64,000 nt of DNA from an uncultured Candidatus Micrarchaeota archaeon. GTDB lineage: Archaea > Micrarchaeota > Micrarchaeia > Anstonellales > Bilamarchaeaceae. The stretch covers positions 448,001 through 512,000 of the forward strand of contig OY970229.1 in NCBI GenBank assembly GCA_963714085.1, in the 5' to 3' direction. Positions within the stretch are counted from its first letter, which is position 1. Every line of letters begins with the position of its first letter. The notes below the pieces were generated by a model, which made no database searches, was not told the origin of the DNA, and saw only the letters and a list, made by a program, of their open reading frames with translations. The translations under genes were made by a program, and so were the position numbers. Positions 29,203 through 39,535 of this stretch are shown piece after piece.

Positions 29203-30276
29203 CTCGTCAAGTATGCGCCCCCAGCCCAGGGCAGCCGCAGCAGCATGCGCACGTGCGAAACCTTTGAGGCACGCATAAGGATGGTTCAGGACCCTTCCTC
29301 GCCTTACAACGGCATGGTGGAGCGGCTGCAGCCGGTCGCCAAGGGCTCCGGAGACCTGGACTTCGAGATAAGGGTTGCACGATTGTACCATCTGGCCGGC
29401 CCGTCCAGCTCCTTTTGCCACGTCGCCAGGTTCCTGGCGCTGAGGGCCGCGAATGCCCTGTTCCCGGGCAACATCGTGGACGCCCGCGAGCTGCGCATGT
29501 TCAGGGAAAGCGGCGTGCTCCATGCCGCCACATACTCGCCTTTCGTGAGCGATGACAACGGCGTGATTGAGAGGCGCGGGGCTGCGATGCGCGAATTTTA
29601 TGCCACGGAGTTCAGCGACTCTATGGCAAAGCTGAGATTCGTCGAAGCAAAGGACACGATCGAACGCGAACTGAATCCTGAGCTGAGATTCCTTCCGCGC
29701 AGAATGAAGGATGCCGGGATAGAACCCAGCCATCCGGAAATGAATTATCATCTCTCCAAAGGGGCGACGGTGTTCTTCGAGATAGACGGCATTGACCTGG
29801 GAAAGGCCGCCACTGCGGCGCTGGATGCTGATGCGGATGACCAGAATGGCAAGCCTGCGATGGAGGCCGTTGCGGCGATATACGCATTGCTCGTGCACCT
29901 GGAGGCGAGGCAACGGATAAGGACGCAAGCATGGTACGGCCAGACGGAGACTGAACGCGATGCAATGAGAGAACGGTACGAGACTACGGCGGATACTCCA
30001 CCGTCGAGGATATATGAGCTCGTTTTCAATCTGGTGTCCGACACTGGCAACAGCTCGGCAATCAAACTACCTGAGACGTTCATCAGGCTGGGGCTTCTCC
30101 AGCTCGCCGCGGGCACTGAGGGCGCCTTGTTACAGATAAACCAGGGCGAGAGAATGGCGGATTGGGGAACCCCGGCGCCATTCCCCGTCGACCCGGCCGT
30201 CATCGCGGCCATGGATGACGAAAAATACGAAATCAGGAAAGAAAAGCGCGAGCCGCTTTATCCTAGCGGGCTCTAG
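29200..30276 (+). CDS. Hypothetical protein, tandem paralog 1
   Basis: Shares RFLALRAA.ALFP.NIVD.RELRM, FVSDDNGVI and SHPE.NYHLS.G.TVFFEID with the next gene. Confidence 0.8.
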   Translation: MLVKYAPPAQGSRSSMRTCETFEARIRMVQDPSSPYNGMVERLQPVAKGSGDLDFEIRVARLYHLAGPSSSFCHVARFLALRAANALFPGNIVDARELRMFRESGVLHAATYSPFVSDDNGVIERRGAAMREFYATEFSDSMAKLRFVEAKDTIERELNPELRFLPRRMKDAGIEPSHPEMNYHLSKGATVFFEIDGIDLGKAATAALDADADDQNGKPAMEAVAAIYALLVHLEARQRIRTQAWYGQTETERDAMRERYETTADTPPSRIYELVFNLVSDTGNSSAIKLPETFIRLGLLQLAAGTEGALLQINQGERMADWGTPAPFPVDPAVIAAMDDEKYEIRKEKREPLYPSGL

Positions 30277-30320
30277 CCCCTCGCCGTTTTCTCAACGCTG
30301 TTCTACGGCATCCCGGCTTA

Positions 30321-30354
30321 TTTATAAACTCTTTGCCATTAATTATAACATATG
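30321..30354 (+). promoter_or_regulatory. Duplicated leaderless promoter, copy 2
   Basis: TATA-like TTTATAAA ~30 nt before the ATG; near-identical to 29169-29202. Confidence 0.7.
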
Positions 30355-31341
30355 ATTATAAAGTATGCCGGCCCGGTCAGGGGCGGGCGCGAGCTCATGT
30401 GCAAAACCGATGAGGCGCAGGTGAGCAGGATACGCGGCTCGTCCGCGCGCTACGAAGGCATGGTGGAGCGCCTGCAGACAAACGCAACCGTGGGCAGAGA
30501 CCATTCTTTCGCGATAAAAGGCACTAACGGCGATTACCACGGCAACCCCAGGAGCTACGAATACCGGGTCAGCGCTGAGAGTTGCATCTACCACTTCGGC
30601 AGGTTCCTTGCGCTAAGAGCCGCCAGGGCCCTGTTCCCGGACAACATCGTGGATGTCAGGGAGCTGCGCATGCGCAGGGAAAACGGCGTGCTCTATTCCG
30701 CCACGTACTCGGATTTCGTGAGCGACGACAATGGCGTGATTAAAAGGCGCGCCGATACGATGCGCGAATTCTATGCCAGGACGTTCGCGAGCGAGGATGC
30801 CCGGAGGCGGTTCGTTGCGGCAGCGGACAGGGCGGAACGCAGATTGAATCCGGACCTGGAGCCGCTTTCAAGCAGGATCAAGGAGGCTGGGATAGGGCTC
30901 AGCCATCCGGAACAGAATTACCATCTGTCCGATGGAACAACGGTGTTTTTCGAGATAGATGATATCGACCCCAAAAAGGTCGCCACTGCGGCGCTGGAAG
31001 CGGGCGCCAAGCAGGCGATAAAGGCCGTTGCGAATATGTACGCACTGACTGTGAAGCATATTGCGGTATTGGAGATGTTCAAGGATAATAGCAATAGATT
31101 GTTCCGGAATGTGGCGGATACGGCCTTGCCTTATACGTACGGCTACGTTCTGGAGATTCTGTCCAATCCCGAACTCGATAAATACGATTGGATAGCCCAT
31201 CCGATGGAATTCATAACCGGGGACGTAGTCGCGATTATGAGGAATCTGGGGGTGCCTCCGGCTCGGCCCCTGGTCGGGCTGGGCATTGACCGCATCTTGT
31301 ATGACGAATGTTACGAAATTGCGAAAAAGGACAAGCCCTAG
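30352..31341 (+). CDS. Hypothetical protein, tandem paralog 2
   Basis: Clear paralogy with 29200-30276. Confidence 0.8.
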   Translation: MIIKYAGPVRGGRELMCKTDEAQVSRIRGSSARYEGMVERLQTNATVGRDHSFAIKGTNGDYHGNPRSYEYRVSAESCIYHFGRFLALRAARALFPDNIVDVRELRMRRENGVLYSATYSDFVSDDNGVIKRRADTMREFYARTFASEDARRRFVAAADRAERRLNPDLEPLSSRIKEAGIGLSHPEQNYHLSDGTTVFFEIDDIDPKKVATAALEAGAKQAIKAVANMYALTVKHIAVLEMFKDNSNRLFRNVADTALPYTYGYVLEILSNPELDKYDWIAHPMEFITGDVVAIMRNLGVPPARPLVGLGIDRILYDECYEIAKKDKP

Positions 31342-32645
31342 TCCTTCACCGCTTCCTCCACGATCTTCTCCGCGCATCCTATGTATGTGTACGGGTCGAA
31401 GATGACGTCCAGCTCCTTCTGCGGCAATAGCTTCTTCTCGGCAGCGAGCGCTTTGAGCTCCTTGTTCTCGGAAAAAGCTTTCTGCGCGAGCGTGCGCACC
31501 AGCTCGTGCGCCTCCTGCCTGCCCATGCCTTTCTCCGTGAGCGCTATCATCAGCCGCTCGGCCATCACGAGGCCGTGCGTCAGGTTCAGGTTCTTCTCGA
31601 TGTTTTCAGGGAAGATCTCCAATCCCTGGAGTATCTTCGTCATCTCGAGCGTCATGTAATCCACGGCGATGAACGACTCCGCGAAGATGGCGCGTTCGTT
31701 CGCGCTGTTCGTTAGGTCGCGCTCGTGCTCGAGGGGGATGTTCTCCAGCGCGGTGAGCACGTTCGCGCGCACCAGCCTGGCGAGCGAGCATACGCGCTCG
31801 GACTTGTGCGGGTTGCGCTTGTGCGGCATGGTGGAGGAGCCCACCTGCTTCTTGGCGAACGGCTCGCTTAGCTCCGATATCTCGGTCCTCTGGAGGTTCC
31901 GCACCTCTTTGGCTATCTTCTCGAGGAGCGCGGCGGTGAGCGCGAGGCAGCAGAGCACCTCCGCGTGGCGGTCCCTCTGTATCACCTGGTTGGAGGCCCT
32001 GGCCGGCTCGAGCCCGAGCTCCTTCATGACCATCTCCTGTATCTCCATGCCCTTGGAACCGAAGGTCGCCATGGTTCCTGTGGCTCCGGACATCTTGCCC
32101 ACGCCTATCCGCTTCTCCGCCTCTTTGAGCCGCTCGCCGTCGCGGAGCAGCTCCTGGTAATATATCGCGAATTTCATGCCATAGGTCGTCGGGACCGCGT
32201 GCTGGCCGTGGGTCCTGCCGATGCACACCGTCCTCTTGTGCTTCTTCGCGAGCTCGCGGAGCACGCCTGAGAGGACCTCGAGCCTGGAATCCAGGACCTC
32301 CAGCGCGTCCAGGAAGATCAGCGCCGTGGCCGTGTCCTCGATGTCGTAGCTGGTCGCGCCCAGGTGCACGTATCTGCCCGCGTCCCCGGACTGCTCGGAC
32401 AGGGCCTTGACCATGGCCATGAGGTCGTGGTGTATCTCGGCCTCGATCTGCCTGACTCGCCCGGGCTCCACCTTCTTCGCGCCGTCCTCGATCTTCCTCA
32501 CCGCGTCTTTGGGTATGGTGCCGAGCTGGGCATGGACCTTCGCCAGGCTGACTTCCACCTGCATCCATTTACGCAGCCTGTTGTCCTCCTCGAATATGTC
32601 GTTCATCTCTGTCCTGTACCTGTCCTCGAATGGAGAAATAGCCAT
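31338..32645 (-). CDS. purB: Adenylosuccinate lyase
   Basis: HLGATSYDI, GRTHGQHA, GSSTMPHKRNP, HERDL; start at ATG 32645. Confidence 0.96.
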   Translation of the reverse strand: MAISPFEDRYRTEMNDIFEEDNRLRKWMQVEVSLAKVHAQLGTIPKDAVRKIEDGAKKVEPGRVRQIEAEIHHDLMAMVKALSEQSGDAGRYVHLGATSYDIEDTATALIFLDALEVLDSRLEVLSGVLRELAKKHKRTVCIGRTHGQHAVPTTYGMKFAIYYQELLRDGERLKEAEKRIGVGKMSGATGTMATFGSKGMEIQEMVMKELGLEPARASNQVIQRDRHAEVLCCLALTAALLEKIAKEVRNLQRTEISELSEPFAKKQVGSSTMPHKRNPHKSERVCSLARLVRANVLTALENIPLEHERDLTNSANERAIFAESFIAVDYMTLEMTKILQGLEIFPENIEKNLNLTHGLVMAERLMIALTEKGMGRQEAHELVRTLAQKAFSENKELKALAAEKKLLPQKELDVIFDPYTYIGCAEKIVEEAVKD

Positions 32646-32774
32646 CGTTTTCACCAAATAGAGGTTGTCAGGCAGTCCTTTAAAAACCTGGTCTTTCGCC
32701 CCAAAAACGATAGCTTTAAATACATCAAAATCCATAATAAATAACAGACAAACATTCCTCCCAGAGGCAAAAAT

Positions 32775-33602
32775 ATGAAACAGAACACGAAATCAGGATT
32801 CCTCGACCTGTTGAGCGCGGGTGACCCGGATACGGCAGCCACGGCGTTGCAGCTGATAGAGAGCGGCAACCTGAAGCCGGCCCAAATCAGCCTCATACTG
32901 GAGGCGGCTGCCACCGGAGTGGCGAAGCTGGACGCGCCGAAGATCGAGACCAAAACAATCATGTCGAAGGCTATCGAGGCGGCACGGCACGTCATAGCGT
33001 ACGTATCCGGGGCAAAGGCCAAGGCAGAGACCTTCAAATCAATGACGAAAAGGATCGCATGGAGGATGCCTCCCGAAGCGGTCAGGCATTTCAAGTGGGA
33101 GCTCATAACCGCGCTCAACAACCCGGACAATGCTCATCCGGAGAGGCTCGAATCCCTCGCCGCCGGGGCCGCGGTGCTCATGGAGGAGCGCCTGCTGGCC
33201 AAAGACCACCTCCTGGACGTGGCAGAGACACTCGCCGAGGGACTGGGGAGGACCACGGACGAGACCAGGATAATCATCATGCATGAGCGCATCGGCTCTT
33301 CCTTGGACAGAAGGCTGCCGCACCACCACCAGAGGGTATACGAGGCGGTGTTCATGCTCACGCGCTACCCTGGCGATGTTATTTCAGATGTCGTGCTCCA
33401 GGCGTATATCAACAGAGCCAAACAGGGCGCAGTTGCGCTGGAACCGGTCGTGATCGAAAGGATGTATGCTATCAGGCCTCAGGCTAAGACCGGGCCTTTC
33501 TCTGACGGCGACAGCAAACTGCCGAACCCCATGAGGCCTCAGGCCGTGCATGCCACGAACCTCGCGAAGAAGCCTGCTGCCAACAGGCTGGGCGCGCAAT
33601 AG
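32775..33602 (+). CDS. Hypothetical helical protein
   Basis: Long ORF with AT-rich upstream region; no motif recognised. Confidence 0.7.
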   Translation: MKQNTKSGFLDLLSAGDPDTAATALQLIESGNLKPAQISLILEAAATGVAKLDAPKIETKTIMSKAIEAARHVIAYVSGAKAKAETFKSMTKRIAWRMPPEAVRHFKWELITALNNPDNAHPERLESLAAGAAVLMEERLLAKDHLLDVAETLAEGLGRTTDETRIIIMHERIGSSLDRRLPHHHQRVYEAVFMLTRYPGDVISDVVLQAYINRAKQGAVALEPVVIERMYAIRPQAKTGPFSDGDSKLPNPMRPQAVHATNLAKKPAANRLGAQ

Positions 33603-33655
33603 CGCGCTCCGCGATGAACTCTCATTTTTATAATCTTCCGAACAGAAAAAGCCCT

Positions 33656-34447
33656 ATGGCGAGAGCGAGGGTCATAAGGAAGCAGGACCGCTGCTTCATC
33701 GAATTGCCCAAGGAGTTCCTTTCAGTGGAGGAGATAGAGCTCTTCCCGCTCCGCGACGGGTATTATTTCCTCAGCATGCCCCTTGGACAGAGCCAGAAAC
33801 CCGGCTCTAGGCAGGCCGGAGCGACGGGCGAGGAGATCGCGGTGCTCCATAGGCTCCAGTCCATAAAGTTCGGCGACAGGACCCCGGATAACGTGTCCAA
33901 GGCCCTCAGCGGGCCTGAGAAGGAGGTCCTGAAAAGGCTCGAGGAGAAGGGCTGGGTGAACGTCTTCAGGGGCAACAAGTACAAGAACGGCGTCTACAAC
34001 ATAGCGGACGAGGTCTACCCGATGCTCAAGAGCCAGGACGCCCCGCACGCCCGGCCAGCCGCGGAGCAGAGGCCCGAGGCACCGCAGAAAGCGGCTCCGG
34101 CCCAGAGCCTTCCGCCCTCTTACGCGCTTCTCATGAAACAGGGCTACATGGTCATAAAGGACCAGAAGGACGCGAAGGCGCTCTCAGAGATGCTCAAAAG
34201 CGACATGAAGTCCGGCTCCGTGGTGGGCACCAAGGGCTTCGACGGCTCGTTCTACGTGGTGACAAGGGACTATTTCAGCAGCGCCTCCAAGGCCATCCTG
34301 GATTCCATCAGGGAGAAACCCGGCGACGTGGCAGCGATAGCGGAATCCTCCGGGCTCGATGCGGACGGCGCGCGGGCCGTGCTCCAGCATCTGGCCGAAT
34401 CCGGGGATGTCATAGAGAAGAGGAAGGGCACCTACGCCGCGGTGTAG
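33656..34447 (+). CDS. Hypothetical protein with winged-helix-like segments
   Basis: AbrB-like start (FIELPKEF), LKRLEEKGWV, C-terminal HTH...LAESGDVIEKRKG. Confidence 0.7.
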   Translation: MARARVIRKQDRCFIELPKEFLSVEEIELFPLRDGYYFLSMPLGQSQKPGSRQAGATGEEIAVLHRLQSIKFGDRTPDNVSKALSGPEKEVLKRLEEKGWVNVFRGNKYKNGVYNIADEVYPMLKSQDAPHARPAAEQRPEAPQKAAPAQSLPPSYALLMKQGYMVIKDQKDAKALSEMLKSDMKSGSVVGTKGFDGSFYVVTRDYFSSASKAILDSIREKPGDVAAIAESSGLDADGARAVLQHLAESGDVIEKRKGTYAAV

Positions 34448-34451
34448 CGCC

Positions 34452-35561
34452 ATGATGATCAAGGACGAGATATACGGCATGATCGGATTCGACGATTTCG
34501 AGAGGCGCGTAATAGACACCCCCGACTTCCAGCGCCTTCGCCGCATAAAGCAGATGTCATTCACCAACCTGGTATATCCGGGCGCGAACCACACCCGGTT
34601 CGAGCACTCGCTCGGCACCGCGCACCTCTCAGCGCTGATAGCCGGGCGGCTCGGCCTGGACAAGGATGCGTGCGCGAAGGTGAAGCTCTACGGCCTGCTC
34701 CACGACGTCGGGCACACCGCCTTCAGCCATGAGGGCGAGGACGTGCTCGAGCCGCTCATAGGCGACCACGAGAAACTCGGCGAGGAGCGGATGAGATCAG
34801 GCCCTCTGGCGGACGTTTTGAAGGAGAACTACCGGCTGGAGGAGATAATCGGGCTCGGCAAACGGAAGGAGGGGCAGATAGTCGGCTCGGACATAGGCTC
34901 TGACCGGATGGACTACCTCAAGCGCGACGCGCTCAACACCGGCGTGGCCTACGGGGTCATAGACATGGACCGCATCGTCCACACGCTCGCCTTCGCCGGA
35001 GACGAGCTGTTGATAGAGGAGGGTGGGCTCGAGGCCGCAGAATCGCTTCTCATCGCGAGGTTCATGATGTTCTCCGCGGTCTACCTGCACCACACCGTGC
35101 GCATAGCCACCGCGATGCTGAACCGCGCGCTCTCGCTCTCGATAAAGGACGGCACGATTGGCGCCGAGGAGTTCCGCTCATTGACCGACGACGAGGCCGT
35201 GGCGTGCATGCTCCGCTCCGATGAAGCGAGGCCGCACATGGAGGGCATCCTGAGCAGGAACCTCTACAAGGAGGCGTTCTCCTTCCCGGCGAGCGGGAAG
35301 GCAAGAAAAGACGCGGAACGCGCAGCGGGGGAGCTCTCGGCCAGGCTCGGCTGCAAAGTGATCCTCGACTGGCCCCACCATTTCTCGAAATCAGTCGGGT
35401 TCAGGGTGAAGACCGGGTCCAGCCTCAGGCCGATAACCGAATTGTCCGGCCTCGTGCTCTCGCTCGAGAAGGCGGAGGAGGGCAGGATGAGGGCGCTCGT
35501 GCTGGTGCCGGCTGGGAGAAGGGACGACGCAGAGATGCTGGCGCCGGAACTGTTCGGCTGA
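34452..35561 (+). CDS. HD-domain phosphohydrolase (SAMHD1/dNTPase-like)
   Basis: FQRLRRIKQ, HTRFEHSLG, LLHDVGH..FSH, DRMDYL.RD. Confidence 0.93.
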   Translation: MMIKDEIYGMIGFDDFERRVIDTPDFQRLRRIKQMSFTNLVYPGANHTRFEHSLGTAHLSALIAGRLGLDKDACAKVKLYGLLHDVGHTAFSHEGEDVLEPLIGDHEKLGEERMRSGPLADVLKENYRLEEIIGLGKRKEGQIVGSDIGSDRMDYLKRDALNTGVAYGVIDMDRIVHTLAFAGDELLIEEGGLEAAESLLIARFMMFSAVYLHHTVRIATAMLNRALSLSIKDGTIGAEEFRSLTDDEAVACMLRSDEARPHMEGILSRNLYKEAFSFPASGKARKDAERAAGELSARLGCKVILDWPHHFSKSVGFRVKTGSSLRPITELSGLVLSLEKAEEGRMRALVLVPAGRRDDAEMLAPELFG

Positions 35562-35564
35562 GCC

Positions 35565-35732
35565 TCACTTCAAGAAGATATCCGCTACTTTTACTACCAC
35601 AATCAGGATGAGCGCCGCGGCCACTATGGTCTTCGGCTCTATCTCTATGCCCGCGAGCTTCATGTCCGATGAGAAGCCCACTATGCCTGCGGACGACATC
35701 GGCATGGATACCTGTTCCTGTTTATAAGCCAT
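35565..35732 (-). CDS. secG: Preprotein translocase subunit Sec61beta (not in ORF track, 55 aa)
   Basis: Hand translation MAYKQEQVSMPMSSAGIVGFSSDMKLAGIEIEPKTIVAAALILIVVVKVADIFLK: S.AG(I/L)..F plus I.P..V plus C-terminal TM. Confidence 0.85.
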   Translation of the reverse strand: MAYKQEQVSMPMSSAGIVGFSSDMKLAGIEIEPKTIVAAALILIVVVKVADIFLK

Positions 35733-35785
35733 GGATAGAAATAGACGCTATAGGTATTAAAAGGTTGTGCGGACTAGTATTATCC

Positions 35786-36517
35786 ATGGCCAGCATAGAA
35801 ATCCACAGGACGGAGGCGATCAAGCTCCACGAGCCCACAATCGTGCTCGGATTCCCCGGCACCGGGCTGGTCGGCTCGGTCGCCGCATCGCAGATCGTCG
35901 ACGCCCTCGACCTCAAGTTTTGCGGCTACATAACCTCGCCGGATTTCGCGCCGCTCGCCGCCATACACAACTACATACCGCTGCCCGCTGCGCGCATACA
36001 CTACTCCCAGAAGCACAACCTGGTCGTGATACTCTCCGAGATGTCCATACCGGTCGCCAACTCCATGGAGCTGGCGGACAAGATATTCGCGTTCGCCAAG
36101 TCGCTGCACGCGAAGTCCATAATCTCCATAGGCGGCATATCGCTCAAGGAGGAGGACAGCGCGGTCTACGTCGTATCCACGGACAAGGGAATGGTGAGGG
36201 ATATCATCGCGAGGAAGATCGCGAAACCGATACGCGAGGGCGCGACCACGGGGGTGACGGGCGTGCTGCTCGCAAAGGGCGTTCTTGAGAACTTCCCGGT
36301 GATGACGATACTGGCCGAGGCCGAGCAGGATTTCGTGGACCCGAGGGCCGCCTCCAAGGCGCTCAAGGTGCTCAGCGAGTTCATAAAGACCCCGATAGAC
36401 ACTACGGAGCTGGACAAGGAGCAGGCCGCGATAGTCAAGTCCGCCGGCGACAAGATGATAAAGTCGAAGATATCCAAGAAGGGCCCGATGGCGGGCGAGA
36501 GCGGAATGTACGGGTGA
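35786..36517 (+). CDS. PAC2-family proteasome assembly chaperone
   Basis: GFPGTGLVGS, ISIGG, DPRAA, C-terminal HbYX MYG. Confidence 0.9.
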   Translation: MASIEIHRTEAIKLHEPTIVLGFPGTGLVGSVAASQIVDALDLKFCGYITSPDFAPLAAIHNYIPLPAARIHYSQKHNLVVILSEMSIPVANSMELADKIFAFAKSLHAKSIISIGGISLKEEDSAVYVVSTDKGMVRDIIARKIAKPIREGATTGVTGVLLAKGVLENFPVMTILAEAEQDFVDPRAASKALKVLSEFIKTPIDTTELDKEQAAIVKSAGDKMIKSKISKKGPMAGESGMYG

Positions 36518-36521
36518 TATA

Positions 36522-36830
36522 ATGGCCTGGCCGCCTCCGCCCGTAGAACCGCAGCCGCCCGTTCCCGGACTCTGCCAGAGTTGCGGCATGCCCATGACCA
36601 AGGAAGGCGACTTCGGCACCAACGCGGACGGCAGCAGGAACGCTGATTATTGCGCGCACTGCTTCAGCAAAGGCGCTTTCACGGAGCCCGGCATGACGCT
36701 GGAGCAGATGATAGAGCGCCTTGTGCAGTTCGCGCCCAAGATGAACATGCCGGAAAACAAGGTCCGCGCCATGGCGAAGAAGAACCTGCCCAATCTGAAA
36801 AGATGGCGCGCGTCTGCCGGGAAAAAATGA
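36522..36830 (+). CDS. Zinc-ribbon protein
   Basis: CQSCGMPM...GT.ADGS...YC.HC...LP.LKRW. Confidence 0.88.
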   Translation: MAWPPPPVEPQPPVPGLCQSCGMPMTKEGDFGTNADGSRNADYCAHCFSKGAFTEPGMTLEQMIERLVQFAPKMNMPENKVRAMAKKNLPNLKRWRASAGKK

Positions 36831-36833
36831 GCT

Positions 36834-37718
36834 TCAGAACAACGACGCGGGCGTCAAATCCGCGCGGCTTCTGACGTATTTTGATTCCAATTTAGCTATT
36901 GAATCGTCCAGACCATCAGCCGGAAGGCCGAGCGCGACGACTGCGTCCTTGAGCTCGTGGAGGTGCTCGCCGTAATCCGGGGATATCGGCAGCATGACGA
37001 ACCTCACCAACGCGTTCTTCGCGAGCGCATCCGCGAGGCCGGGGAGCAGCTTATCCTTGTAGACCGTATTCGCGGCGTTTATGATCCCTGCCAGCTGCGG
37101 GCCTGGCATCGTCGCCTCCTGCTCTTTCCCTACGCAGCGCATGAAGAGCAGCATCTTCGGGTGGTTGAGCGGCACGGTGCCCATCGCCATCCCCCTTCCC
37201 AGGAATATCATCCTTCCGGTATCGTCCGGCTTGGAGACGTCCGGGTGCTGGGAGCGGCAGACGACATAAGTGGGCTTGGCTGCGGCGAGCGCTGCGGAAT
37301 AAAGCAGGAGGTGCATATCCCTCCTGTTGCCGCTGAAGACCTCGGAATGGAGCAGCACGAGGAGCGTGGAGGCCTCCTGCTTGACCACGCAGCCTTCGGC
37401 GGCCGCTGCGAGCGCGCCTGACCTGTCCTTCACGCATACCAGGAGATAACCGGGCAGGGCTGTGTCCTTCGACTTCAGCAGACGCAGGGCTTCTTTCTGG
37501 TCCTTGGAGCCAAGCGAGGGCTGGAAGACCGTGAGACCGGCCTCGTCCATGATGCTTTTCAGGCGCCGCGGGTTCTCCCACGAAGGAAGCAGCTCGAACG
37601 CTGGGACGAGCGGCGGGGCTGCTTCGGGCTGGGGCGTAATCTCCGGCGTTATCTCTTCTTGCGCCTTGGTCGGGCTCGGCTTCGTCTTTTCCGGCGCGCT
37701 GCTTTTCTTCCCTGCCAT
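36834..37718 (-). CDS. Hypothetical protein
   Basis: Long ORF with a Pro-rich N-terminus; no confident motif. Confidence 0.7.
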   Translation of the reverse strand: MAGKKSSAPEKTKPSPTKAQEEITPEITPQPEAAPPLVPAFELLPSWENPRRLKSIMDEAGLTVFQPSLGSKDQKEALRLLKSKDTALPGYLLVCVKDRSGALAAAAEGCVVKQEASTLLVLLHSEVFSGNRRDMHLLLYSAALAAAKPTYVVCRSQHPDVSKPDDTGRMIFLGRGMAMGTVPLNHPKMLLFMRCVGKEQEATMPGPQLAGIINAANTVYKDKLLPGLADALAKNALVRFVMLPISPDYGEHLHELKDAVVALGLPADGLDDSIAKLESKYVRSRADLTPASLF

Positions 37719-37800
37719 GGGACTGCATAATCAGATGAGATTTAAATAAACTTCTCCAATCCACGCTTTTGGATGGCATGAAAAACGGTTCCGGCAGGAT

Positions 37801-38991
37801 TCATGCCTTCCTGAAAAGGGACCCGAACATCGAGAGCAGCCCGGATTTTTCCGCGCTTTCCGCCTTGCGGTCCGGATTCCCGGAATCCAGAAACTCGATC
37901 AGGCGCGCGACGTCCTTCAGCTCTGCTTCGAGCTCCTTTTTCGAGTATTTGGCGAGCTCTTCCCTGCGTTTGGCGAGGCGCCTGCTTTTCTCGTACTCCT
38001 CTTCGTAAGCGCGCCTCTCCTTCCCCAGGCTCCTCAGGTCTTCGACTGTCTTTCTCTCGCTTTCGCCCATCGCGGAGTAGAAATCCAGCGTCCTCTCGTC
38101 CAGGCCGTCCACTGCCAGGAAGCCGGCCTGGGCGAAGGAGCGCACGGCCTCGAAAAACGCCGCATTGGAGGCGACGATCTTCCTGAACCTGGAGGTCTCG
38201 GGGCAGATGTGCGAGAGCTTCTTCTCGCTGTAGGTCAAGCACTCGCAGAGCTGGCCGACATCGTACCTGCCGAAGGACGGATAATCTGAGAAAAACTGCT
38301 TGAGCTGGGCCATCGCCTCGTTTTCCGGGAAGGACGGGCAGTGCTCTTTCAGGCCCTCCAGCTCACGGAGCAGCTCGGCCACCGGCTTCGAGAGCAGCGA
38401 ATGCAGGTACGCGTCCCTCGATCTCCTCAGCGAGTCCAGGCCTTTCTCGAGCTCGCCGTGCCTGCGGACCTTCTCCTGGTCGATGGTCTCGTTTTCGAGC
38501 TCCGAGATATCGGCCAGCAGCTTCTCAACCCGCAGCTGCTCCCTTCTGAGCGCCCTGCCGCTCTCCTTGAGGTCCTCTTCGGCTTTCTCATAGCTGTCGC
38601 TCAGCTTGATGATACCGTCGAAATACGCGAACTCCTCTTTAGCGGCCGGTATCTTGCCCTCCCGTGCGAGCCTTGCGATGGATGCGAGCCTCTTCCCGGT
38701 GGCCTCAGGCAGATTGCCCTTCTGGAACTCGCTCGCGGCCCACCTTTCGAAATAGACGGAGTCCTTGGACAGTTCCATGGCTCTCTTGGCCATCTTTATC
38801 CGCGTGCTCACTGCCGGGTTCCAGACGGTTTTTCCCTTCTCCTGCACGTCCTCTATCTCGGCTATGAGCAGTTTCAGCTGCTTGGAAAGCTTCACCGTAG
38901 CCGGGCGGTGGCTGGTTCCAATCGTTTCCACTCTCTTTGCCAGGTCCTTGTGCGTTTTTTTAAGCTCGCGTATTTCCTCTTCGCTGATCAT
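37801..38991 (-). CDS. Coiled-coil hypothetical protein
   Basis: E/K/R-rich heptads throughout. Confidence 0.75.
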   Translation of the reverse strand: MISEEEIRELKKTHKDLAKRVETIGTSHRPATVKLSKQLKLLIAEIEDVQEKGKTVWNPAVSTRIKMAKRAMELSKDSVYFERWAASEFQKGNLPEATGKRLASIARLAREGKIPAAKEEFAYFDGIIKLSDSYEKAEEDLKESGRALRREQLRVEKLLADISELENETIDQEKVRRHGELEKGLDSLRRSRDAYLHSLLSKPVAELLRELEGLKEHCPSFPENEAMAQLKQFFSDYPSFGRYDVGQLCECLTYSEKKLSHICPETSRFRKIVASNAAFFEAVRSFAQAGFLAVDGLDERTLDFYSAMGESERKTVEDLRSLGKERRAYEEEYEKSRRLAKRREELAKYSKKELEAELKDVARLIEFLDSGNPDRKAESAEKSGLLSMFGSLFRKA

Positions 38992-39072
38992 CCGGTTCGC
39001 CCGCTCCCCTTAGCTTATTATGATTATTCAGGTATTTAAATTCGTTGCCGTTTGTGTGCAGGCGGCATTGAT

Positions 39073-39085
39073 TGCAGGAGGAAGG
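39073..39085 (-). repeat. att-like copy of tRNA-Leu 3' end (distal boundary)
   Basis: TGCAGGAGGAAGG, 13/13 match to 50325-50337. Confidence 0.75.
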
Positions 39086-39191
39086 GCCTCAGAACAGCTC
39101 TGAAAGTGCAAGGTAAATTTTTCTATTTTTTTCAAACTTAGTTGCTTGTCCATTTATTAAATTGAAATCAAAAGCTAAAAATAGAAAAAAA

Positions 39192-39470
39192 CTAATCTTC
39201 CGGCATTATTGGGCTTCTCTCATCTGTAAGAGCGAAATATGACTGAAATTTAGCCCGGTATGAAATATATTTCAGGATCCAGCTATGGAGGGCCTTGTTC
39301 CGTTTCCCCGTTATCAAAATATGAAGGAACTGAAAGAGGCAAGTTAAGACACCAATAATAGCAAGTACGATAACGACTATTAGCGATGGTATCATCCATA
39401 AGATCCTTATAATCAGCTCCCACCTGCTTGCTTTTTCAGAGAAGGCCACATTGAATTTAACGTTTTTCAT
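39192..39470 (-). CDS. DUF4389-like small membrane protein
   Basis: SRWELIIR...ILITGKRN..L...Y..LTDE.SP; AT-rich; start at ATG 39470. Confidence 0.75.
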   Translation of the reverse strand: MKNVKFNVAFSEKASRWELIIRILWMIPSLIVVIVLAIIGVLTCLFQFLHILITGKRNKALHSWILKYISYRAKFQSYFALTDERSPIMPED

Positions 39471-39535
39471 AATCCAAATTAGCAAGTATAAATTTAAATG
39501 ACTCTCGATAACAAATTTTAACGCTGAAATGGGTG

